Positions 54,009 through 64,000 of a stretch of DNA of 64,000 nt are shown one piece after another. The stretch comes from the human T2T-CHM13v2.0 reference genome, Homo sapiens. The stretch lies in assembly GCF_009914755.1 (NCBI RefSeq), contig NC_060937.1; one strand, written 5' to 3'. The translations under genes and the position numbers were made by a program. Positions within the stretch are counted from its first letter, which is position 1, and every line of letters starts with the position of its first letter. Under the pieces are notes generated by a model that saw only the letters and a list, made by a program, of their open reading frames with translations, was not told where the DNA came from and ran no database searches.

Positions 54009-55075
54009 GCGTTGTCCTAGATGGAAAGTTCTCATTTCCTGCATTTTTTTTTTCTTACTCTGACCTGGTATATTGTCTTGCTACACACTTTATTATGCAA
54101 AACAAACTCCTATTATCTGATGACCCATTTCTTTGTTTCAGAAGACTCACAAATTAAAATGCTCATTGAAGAAGGGAGGCAAAGAACATATGACCCCGAA
54201 TCACAGATCTTAGGCAAATAATGACTTTTCTAAACAAAACTTGTCCCATTATGATCGTGTGTGTTGTTTAATCTCATTCTCACAGAAAATTGTTTTAAAG
54301 TAACAAGTAAATATAAATAGTGCTCAGAAAAAATAAACTCTTTAATTCAATACTACTACTATTCATTTGAAATTGCGTGAAGCAACACTTTCTGTCTGTA
54401 AGAAAAAATGATTATATTAATCAATAAGATAAAAGGAAAATGGAAAATAAAAATAGTATTAATATGATTAATGTAATGTTTTTAAAAATTCTTTTTTCCT
54501 TAGTCACAATATAAAAATCAATAAATAAAGAGAATTCCCGGGGGTACCAAAGTAGGGAGGGGAGTTTTTAGTCTTTCCCAATGATTCCCATTAGATTTCC
54601 CTAAAACCACTCCATATAATAAATTAAGTCAACCCAGATACTTTCTCTGTATAAGCAACTTTGCTATAATACTTGTCTCTGCACTTTTAATCAGAATGAA
54701 ACTTTTGCTCCCCCTTATATAAAAAGTATAGCGTCTCCACTGAATGTAGTAAAACTGAAAAGAGCTAACAACATTATCCTTTGCAAAAACTTTCAGGTGA
54801 ATGTCCTGAACAGAGCACTGCCATGGAGGGGACTCTCCTGTTACCATATTATATCAAGACAGCTGTGGTATAATAATAGGAGACCTATATTAAGAAAGAA
54901 AAAATGATGTTTAAATAATTCAGCAATTAACTAATTGAAAAGGTAATGTGACAAAATGGAATTTCATGGACATTAGTATCAAACAGATCGGGGCATGACA
55001 TCTGATCCCCGCCATGTACTAGATGGTGAAATGGAACAATATCTTTACATTCTTGGAGCTTCAATTTTTCATATC

Positions 55076-55483
55076 TATTTTAGTCTGCTAGGGCTGCCGT
55101 GACAAAATGCCATAAACCTGGTGGCTTGAAAGGCAGATTTCTTTTTTCCCAACAGTTCTAGAGGCTAGAAGTTCATGATCAAGGCCCTGGCTCTTCCTGT
55201 TCCTGAGGAGGGCCTTTTCCTGACTTACTTACAGATGTATACTTTCTTGCTGCGTCCTTGTTTGGCCTTTTCTCTGTGAAGCTCAGAGAGAAAAAGAACT
55301 TTGGTTTCTTTTTCTTTTCTTACAAGACCAATCCTACCAGATTAGGGCCCCACGCTTATGACCTTACTTAACCTTAATTACCCCCTTATAAGCCCTATCT
55401 CTACAAACAATTACCTTCGCAGTTAAGGCTTCAGTCTATGAATTTGTGCATAGGTGGTGAGGAGGCAAAATTCAGTCTTAACA
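55076..55483 (-). mobile_element. MLT1A-type solo LTR inserted in a MIR
   Basis: 'agggctgcc..acagttctagaggctagaagttcatgatcaagg..attagggcccca..cttatgacctt..taaccttaattacc'; TSD atatc (55071-55075, 55484-55488). Confidence 0.88.
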
Positions 55484-55496
55484 ATATCTCAAATAT

Positions 55497-55903
55497 ATAA
55501 GACTGACCAAGTGTTCACAGTTGCCTGCCGCTTATCCATTGCTTTGTCTTGATCAAACCTTCACCAGGCTTCTCTCTTTCCACAGGCCCCTAAACTCTAC
55601 TTGTCCTCAGGCCTGATCAAACACAAAAAAAGCAAATTATGCCTTCTTAGCAGTTTCTCCTGGGAATCAGTTGACCACAGCAGGGCCCTTTTCCTATCAG
55701 AAACTGCTGGTTATTTCGAGCTTCCCCAGCAAAGATTCTGCTTATCTCTGCTTGCCTCTCTTTTACCTTATGAAAGAAAAACCTTTTTCTGCTTGAATTG
55801 GAGATACTCACAGATATCTAAAATTGGAGCCATCTCCCTATTGCAATAGCCTGTCTTTCTAATTAAAATCTCGTCCTAAGTCTGGACTTGTTTTACTTTG
55901 GCA
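55497..55903 (+). mobile_element. ERV1 solo LTR (MER67/MER31-like)
   Basis: 'ttgatcaaaccttcaccaggct', 'ctccctattgcaatag', 'cctaagtctggacttgttttactttggca'. Confidence 0.65.
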
Positions 55904-56429
55904 AAAGTTAAAAATGTCTATATCACTGACTTATTTTGAAGGTTTTCAAACCATCCAGTACAGTGCATACTGTGTAGAAGGTGAATAATTATGTGTTCTT
56001 GGGCATTTGGCTTGCTTATTGAAGCCAAAGTACTTTGTCAATTAAATCATGATATAAAATAAATGGATAAAGTTGCTCCATCTCTAAAGTTTTCTGGAAT
56101 AATAGGCAGGCCTTGGAATTTTGTATCTTGAGAGTTCACATTCCAAAGACTTCATGAAAAATTATCATACTTAAATTTGTAGTTACATTTCAATGTACTG
56201 AGTCAAGTAACATTAAAACTTATGACAAGTATACTTACAGAATGTAAATGCATGATTGCATTACATTGATTTCTAAGGCATGTCAAAAGAGTTTTTACCA
56301 TATGCACAATGATGAATATGAAATAAACGAGTAATATGTTCCCAAAGTGTCACTACACTGATTTTCTTGGAACTGGCATGGCTCTGGCTTTATCTTAGGA
56401 AAACTTGCTGTACATCAGTAGGAGGAGGA

Positions 56430-56660
56430 GGTAATAAACTCATTTAAGAAATGCTCACTACCGTTGTGCTCTCTGTTGGATGGTTTAATTATGCCACATC
56501 ATTTACCTTGGAAACAACCTTTTGGAGTAGGTGTTATTATTTGCATTTATATATGCAGATGTTAAAGTTCAGAGAAGTCCAGATCCTGGTCAGGGTCACT
56601 CAGCTGTTAAAAGGAAGAGTCAGGATTTAATCAGAGTTCTATTTATACACCCCATTAAAT
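56430..56660 (-). mobile_element. MIR
   Basis: 'aacaacct..gtaggtgttattatttgcattt..gttcagagaagt..agggtcactcagct..gtcaggattta'. Confidence 0.75.
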
Positions 56661-57560
56661 GTTATCTTTTAGTATAACACTCTGTTCTTCTATGAGGCAT
56701 AATTCATATAAACTTAAACATGCAAATGAACAGGTTTGTGCTTTAGGAAATGAGAAAGTAAGACAGGAAAACAGATATTTCAGGAATTAGAGAACTTTAA
56801 CATTGTATCATGTTCATAATGCTATAAAAGGTAGTTTTGCATAGCTCAAAACAATTCTATTGGATTATAATAGTACAAATAATTATAAATGAAAGTTAAA
56901 AAACTGAAAGCCTCTTTAAAAATATTCATGATGTTGGTTCTAGGGCTAATCCCACACAGAAATCACTGTGTTAGTTTTTAAAGTTAAGATATATACAATT
57001 GAAATCTATAGTTTAACATAATCAAAACTATTTTGGGTAATTAGAACAAAATTTTTATGTTGTTATTTTAGGTACTAATTTTTTAATGCTTAAACACATT
57101 TAAGATTAATACAAGTAAGAGCACGAGAACCTTTAGCAAGGAAGCAGTCACAAATACCGAAAATAAAATACAAAGTAACTTTTTTTTATAAGGGGAATAA
57201 TTGATATTTAGAACATTTAAATATAAACCAGATTTTTATATAATGATTAGTTTAATGCTATCAAATAGAAACAGTATTGTTGTTTTGTTTACTGATTAAT
57301 GGATTAATTTTTGAGATGTAGCCCTTTATAATAATATGTTGTCCTTGAAACTTAAAAGTTATATATATATATATACATGCCCAACTTCTCCTTATTTACA
57401 GAGAAGTATCCAAATGAAATGTTTTTTTCAATTTATTCTGGTCCTGCATATAATCACATTTTTATGGATGTGCCTCTAAGACTCATTAAAACAAGCTAAC
57501 AACAACAATAAAAATTATTTTAATTTTTCAAAACATATAAAAATATAATTATTTTATCCC

Positions 57561-58097
57561 TGTAAAAACTGTCGGATTCAAAATGGTGTTCCTTTTTTGA
57601 AACTTTCGCGAAATGGAACTAGGGAAAGCCATGGAGGGAAGGCTCTCTCATGACTGCCCTAATAACCACAAGAAAGTCTTCCAAGTTGCAGCTTACTACA
57701 TGAGTCACACAAGGAGAACTAACCACACAAGGACAGCTAGCTATTTAGACAAGAACACTGGCCTGACGCACTGTCTACAAGTCCAACCAATCCAGTGAAA
57801 AACAGCCTGTAATTTCATTAAGATTTCAAGTTTTAAGTAATAACTGCTGTTAATGCACCAATCATAGCTTGCAAGCTCCTGAAAGACATCACAGCCACCA
57901 ATCAATGTTCTCTCAAAAGAACTTACATAACTTTTCGCTTTCCCAAGAAAGCCCCAACCTTTTCCTTTGTTCTTTAGACATACCAGAGGCCATTCTGACC
58001 TGTGAGTGGCTCCTGAATTGCATTCTAATAATTATATATTATTTCTAAATACATGCTTTGCTTAGAGGTCCTTTTCTATATTTATTTAATATTGACA
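57561..58097 (+). mobile_element. ERV1 solo LTR (MER72/MER34-like)
   Basis: TG...CA ends, 'gtcggattcaaaatgg', several CCAAT boxes, perfect 4 bp TSD tccc (57557-57560, 58098-58101). Confidence 0.8.
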
Positions 58098-59878
58098 TCC
58101 CTGAGAAACCAACATTTAAAAATATTCACTTTATTTAATAAGTACATTATTAAATATTCTGTGGAGATATGTTGAACTGGAGATATTTACCTTTATGGTA
58201 TAAGTGCCTACATTTACCTGAGCAGAATAAATGGCAACAGGGATGCTCTCATAGTTTGAATATCATTTAAAAATCTAAGTATTTTCTCAATGTCTAGTAA
58301 ATAATTAATAATCATAATCATTACCATAATTGCCATGGTCTTGCTTCTGACTCATATCGTTATTTTATAATTTTGCATTGTATTTGCCTCTTAAGCTGAG
58401 GAAAATAATAAGAATGTTATGGATGTAGAAATCCCTTCCCCTATATTTCATGTCTTTTCCTTTTACCTTGTTCCCACAATAGTTCTCTCCTTTTTGCTTT
58501 CTTGTTGTCTGTCTTCAATGGTATGCTATCAATAGACTCTTTTGAATGTGATAGCAACTAAACCATTCTCAGTAAGTTACATCTCAAGCATCCCTGTTCC
58601 TTTTGTGTGCCATCTCTGTGTAGATCTTTGCAGGCTCATTTAAGCTTACTCTTACTGGAGCACAGTAAGGATATTAACTGAAAATCAAAGCACATCAACT
58701 TCAACTCTAATGAGGTAAAAGGATTTCAACTTTCCTTACTTGCACAATATCTTAGTAGTCTAATGTCAATGATTATATGTTTAAATAACATTCTCATGTA
58801 GCAAGCAACTTGACATCAGAAAGGAACAACACATGAATGTTTCAGGACCTTGGAATAAATCCAATTTACATTAAATTGTGCATGTTTAAAACATTTTCCA
58901 AAATGTATCATTTTCAATTCTTTATTCAAGGCTGACTGTTGTCTATTGTAGTTTAATGAAGCAGAGAGTTACTCATTGAATTTCATCCATGTCAAGGGAA
59001 TCCAAGCATTTCACTTATAATAGGATGCTTCTCCTACTGATATCTGCATTTTATTTCTTAAAAAAGACATTTGCCATTACCTCTTTCTTTGCAAAGAAAC
59101 ACAAAGAATGCTTAACTGTACACATGAAGCATGTTGGTTTTAAAGAAAATCAGGAAAAGACTTATTCTTGATAACTAGCTTTATATTGCAAGGAAAAACA
59201 TTTTGAAACTTTAAAGTTTAGTAGACTATTAATATGTTCAATGAAGAATAAGTTATACTTTTTGTATTTTTTGAACATCACTTTAAACCTGTGAACAGCA
59301 TTTTAAAACCCCTCTTTTAAAATATAACCACTCTTTAGAAATAGAGGAAACTTGACTATGCTTGCTTCAAATTTTAATAAATTGGTAAGAACTCAGATAT
59401 CTTGTTTACTGTCCCAGAAAAGCTACAAAATGGGAAGGAAATCAGGGCACGTAAGAACTAGTTTTGTGGCCACAGCAGAAAACTGTTTCACCTGTGGTAG
59501 ACTTGTGGCTCTGTTAAAATAGACTTGGTAGAATAAGTTGATAATATCAAACTCCAATCACTGTGCTGGGAAGAGAGAAAACTTTTTTTTTTGTAAAGAG
59601 ATTTTAAATATAAGGAAGAGCCTCCTAAGGAAGGGGCCAAAAAGTGTTAGATGCTGACCTATAAGAGAAGAAACATGAATGCTGTAGATTGTATTTGTAA
59701 GAAGAAAACTTCAAACCCATTATCCTTTGATGAATATTTAGGGTTACCTTCCTCCAGGCTGAGGTACATCTTGCCCAGTGGCTCCTGGCTTGATGAGCAG
59801 AGAGTAGGCAAAATTATAGAAGCCACTTGCTCTTTGGACAGTGAACCCTCTGTATAACTGGTAGCATTTAAATTCATG

Positions 59879-60237
59879 AAACTGTGGTACATATCCACCA
59901 TGGAATACCACATAGCCTTAAGAAGAATGTGAATATGTCCTTCAGAGGCTAGAGGCCATTATACTAAGCAAACTAATACAGGAACAGAAAACCAAATACT
60001 GTGTTCTCACTTATAAGTGACAGCTAAACATTGTGTGTATAGGGACACAAAGAATGGAACAACAGACACCTGGGCCTCCTTGAGGGTGAAGGGTGGAAGG
60101 AGGATGAAGACTGAAAAACTACCTATCAGGCACTATATTTATTTCCTGGGTAACAAAATAATGTACACACCAAACCCCTGTGGCTCACAATCCTGCACAT
60201 GTACCACTGAACTTAAAATGAAAGTTAAAAAAAAATT
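59879..60237 (+). mobile_element. 5'-truncated L1PA15/16-like 3' end inserted in a MIR
   Basis: 'aaactaatacaggaacagaaaaccaaatac..gaaaaactacctatcagg..caaaccc'; TSD aattcatg (59871-59878, 60238-60245). Confidence 0.9.
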
Positions 60238-60245
60238 AATTCATG

Positions 60246-60490
60246 CACTCCAGTGCTGGAATGCTAACATTCAAATTCTGACTCCACCTTTTTCATCTGC
60301 AATCTAACTTTGGAGAAGTTACCTAAAACTTCTCTAAGCATCAATTTTCTCAGACATAATTAGGGAACCTAAGAATACCTTCCACATATTATTGTGTGAT
60401 AACAAAAAATAATATGTATGTGTTTATATATATATATACACACATATCCATTAAATATCTAGCACATAATAGTATTAATGTTAATTATCA
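60246..60490 (+). mobile_element. MIR
   Basis: 'ttcaaattctgactccacc..ctttggagaagttacctaaaacttctctaagcatcaattttctca'. Confidence 0.7.
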
Positions 60491-62584
60491 TTTTTATTCT
60501 TTACAGTAACATCAAGTTTGTGATCATGTTTGCAGGGGCTCATGAAAGAAAATGCAATTATAATACCCTGCAGTATATTCTATAGTAATAGATAATATTT
60601 TGCAAGCACTTTTCACTAGTTGGCAGTTGTGGAAAGTTATAGAATACAAATTCTAAGGTTTAAAGTTTAAAAAGAGGGCTTAAGTCCCTTTAGTTCTCAC
60701 AACTACAGGGAGAATTGGAGGATATGCTCTACTCTCCTAATAAGAATGGTCAGTGATCTCAAGCATCAAGGCAATAAAACCTTATTTAAATGCACTGTAT
60801 CATGAGAGTGAGGAAAATACAACACTGCAAACTAAATCAATGCATATTAGGGGAAATTTATTAAGGAGGGAGATTACAATGTTTCAAGAATTTAAACTTA
60901 GTAATCCTGGCAGTTGTTCAATACAGCATTGTTGTCAGCACAGCAGGCTTCCTCTGAGTGGTCAAATAGAATAAAGATAGACTAGAATAAAACTTTATAT
61001 ATGTAAGCTTTTATGTATATATGTAAATACATTTATACAAATCTGTTATTTTTAAATTCAGTTGAACTGAGAAAATAAGCTTCTATTAAATATATACAGA
61101 TATAGCGGTAAGCTTAAGAAAACTGAAATCAAGAGGTTAGAGTGTTTCGGTGTTCAAGAGTTTTGCTTAATGAGCTTTGTAATGTGTGAGTGGAAAATAG
61201 GTTATGCTCCAGATGGAACAAAGTTAAGTTTCTAGGATGTGTTACAATCATGCTGACATTATTGACAAGAAGAAGCTACAATGACTTGTAAGGCAAATGT
61301 AAAATTATCAGGATTTTCATGATCTCAAGTGAATAACTATTGGGAATATTCATTTTTTAATGAAAAAGCATGGAGCTTGATTATTATGTTCTAATAAAAT
61401 TTAAGGAGATATTTGCTGGTATGATAACAGTTATCTGATTATAAAACAAATTATTCTAAGTTTGAGAAAGAGCACATGCCACTATGGTAATTTATTCTTC
61501 CTCAGATAATCAATTTACAAAGGTAAACCAAAATAATAAAAAGAATGAAACATTACACATTTTCTAAAATTCAGAGAACCAAGAACTTAATTTTCCTTTA
61601 AAGAAAATATAGCCTTCTTAAAGATCTTAATGATAATTTCTACTATGTATTCACTAAAAATGTTTCTCCTCAAAGTTTTTGCATACAAATATAATCAAAT
61701 CAATAGAAAAAAGGGATTAATTGTTCAGATATTTACTCACACACATTTTATATGAAGGATTTTGAGGATTAGTTATAATTTTATCTTTAGCCCCCCCAAA
61801 ATTAGTTGAATTCAAGTTTTTTTTTTTTTTTTTGCAACTTGTAACTTGTTATGGTACATAACTACAATGATTAGAAAATTAACTTAGCTGACTTAAAAAA
61901 AATCAGTTGTAAGAGCATTAAAAAATAAACATTAAGTAAGTTCATTTATTGATTCTATCTTCTGGGTCTTAAATTTTGCCTTTTGAGATTGCTTCTCAAG
62001 TTTCTGCCCACATGGCAAATTTCATTCATTTTTTTATGCAATCATACAATTAACAATATTTACTGTGCATTAAGTAGGTGTCATTCATGGTGCCAGAAAA
62101 AAACATAATGCATTTTTTCCTGTGAGCTTGTAATCATGAACATATTAAATGAAAGTTACTAGCTCTAATATGCTAACCATATAAATAAAAGTTGCTAATG
62201 TGAATTCTCCAGTAAAAAGATGTAAGATAACATAAAACTTCAATTGCAAATCAAATAAAGATTGGTATAGATTATACATTATTTATTTAGTCATTTGAAA
62301 ATGGCATGATATATTATCAGAAAAACACTTGAAGAATTTCTCCAATTCTTTATAAAATTAATTTTGTATGACTTGTGAAACAGAAGCAGATAGCAAATCA
62401 GATTGTCATTGCTATGAACACTGCTCTGGGCTAAATCTATTCTAAATCATGGCAACATACAACTGCAAAAACTTCCAGAGATTATAAAACCATTAACACT
62501 GAATAGAACAGCACATAGCATACATAAAAGATTTATTTCTAAGTATGAAAAATTGCATTTCACTTCAACTATTTAATCTTGCTG

Positions 62585-63055
62585 TGTTGGTTGGCTTTGG
62601 TAAATTGAAAAATGGTCTTTCTGACAGCTAGACTGTTGGGGCAACTGAAACATGTAACAGAAACCACAACTTTCAACATGGACTGCATTATCACTTACGA
62701 AACAGATGAACAGTTTCAAACCAAACCATGATGTTCATCACAGCCTAAGTTTATACTGTTTATATCAGATACATATATTCCAAGAAAATGCTATATTAAC
62801 CTTGCATGGATCCATGTGTTTTAATGATAGGATCAGTGACTATTCCAAAAACTCTCTATTTCATAAATTTTTATAATTTCCAAGAAAGATTATTCCATGA
62901 CCAATTTTGTCTCCGAAACCTTATCAGTACTCCTTTCCTAGGGTCCTTTTTTTGAGATGCCCTAGAGTTTCCCATGGTGGGGGATCTCTCCTGCTGTAGC
63001 TTTTAATAAACCTAATTTTGTTGACCACATTTATATATCTGCTGGTCTCTGACTC
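62585..63055 (+). mobile_element. Degenerate ERV LTR (MER90/MER110-like, uncertain)
   Basis: LTR-like 3' part 'ttttgagatgcc..ctctcctgctgtagc..aataaacctaattttgttg..ctggtct'. Confidence 0.45.
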
Positions 63056-63411
63056 ATAAATATATACAGTTTATTGAACTGTAAATGTTTTGGTTTTTCA
63101 ACTACGCATGGTAATAATGAAATTTGATATCACAGAAATATGCAACAGGGCATATTCTAGGCCGTACCTCATGTAATCTAAAAATAGAGGTTTCAGTTGG
63201 ATTAAAGTTAGGTCTAAAATTCAAAAGCAGAGTTTTATAGAACTCTCTGGTGCTTGAACACTAATATGTCCCATAATCGATCTGCTTCTTTTGGTGTCTG
63301 GGGACTTTTACTTTCAAATTGTCTTCCTTATCCTTTATATCTTTCCTCTATGATAATAGTTCTCCTGAATTATAGTGTGTACCACAGCCTGCTCATGGCC
63401 GTTACTCTAAA

Positions 63412-63595
63412 TAGATGTCAGGAATCTATGACTCATAGGCCAGATAGTGCTTTTTGCCCATTTTTGTAAGTAAAGCTTTATTGAAACATAACCATATCTA
63501 TTTGTTTTGTATTGTCTATGGGTGTTTTCATATTACGTTGGCAGAGTTGAATAATTGTGGCAGAAATCTGCTGTAGAAATATCAAATAATAAGTG
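63412..63595. mobile_element. MER58A hAT MITE
   Basis: 'tttttgtaagtaaagctttattgaaacataaccat..tattgtctatgg..ggcagagttgaataattgtggcaga'. Confidence 0.85.
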
Positions 63596-63883
63596 GGTTT
63601 TAGACATATTCTACCTTTGATGTCACTGAAATTTTCAAGTCAAATGTCCACTCAATAGTGGGAAATTTGGTTTTGAAAATGTTTTAAAAATTAAGGAATT
63701 CATTTACTCAAAAATTAAAAATGAATTTTTCACTTTTCCAAAATGATGATATAAAGAGATCTAGAGATCTCTCTCCAAAACTGGTCAAAATTTGCAAAGA
63801 CAAACATTTAAAATCTCTAGAGATCAACCAACTGCTTACAAAGAAATGAGAATCATTTTTCACAAAATAGGTGAATATACATT

Positions 63884-63971
63884 GTGATCTTGAACTCCTG
63901 AGCTCAAGTAGTCCTCTTCATGTGGCCTCCCATAGTGCTAGGATTACAGGCATGAGTCAACACACCTGACC
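63884..63971 (-). mobile_element. AluJ/FLAM 5' fragment (~88 nt), no poly(A), flanked by TSD
   Basis: tcttgaactcctgagctcaag...gctaggattacaggcatgag..cacctgacc; gaatatacatt at 63873-63883 and 63973-63983. Confidence 0.9.
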
Positions 63972-64000
63972 AGAATATACATTAGAAACAACAATAGTCT

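Overview
AT-rich, gene-poor primate (probably human) intergenic or deep-intronic DNA. It is built mostly from transposable-element relics: Alu J/S/Y, L1 of several ages including a ~7.4 kb near-full-length L1MC-type copy, L2, L3/CR1, MIR, THE1/MST/MLT1 MaLR elements, ERV1 solo LTRs, an ERV-L integrase-dUTPase relic, and Tigger/hAT DNA transposons. I see no protein-coding gene, RNA gene, CpG island or convincing exon; the supplied ORFs are repeat-derived or chance. I cannot support a new biological system here. The notable signals are insertion and rearrangement scars: (1) a ~350 bp orphan poly(A)-tailed, TSD-flanked non-repeat insert inside a Tigger1; (2) a complex locally templated insertion with fold-back repeats inside the old L1; (3) two tail-less Alu fragments with target-site duplications; (4) a full-length THE1 whose two LTRs have reciprocally kept a DUX4-type motif and the poly(A) signal. 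Subfamily names come from recalled consensus sequences and need RepeatMasker/Dfam confirmation. Boundaries of old repeats are approximate.
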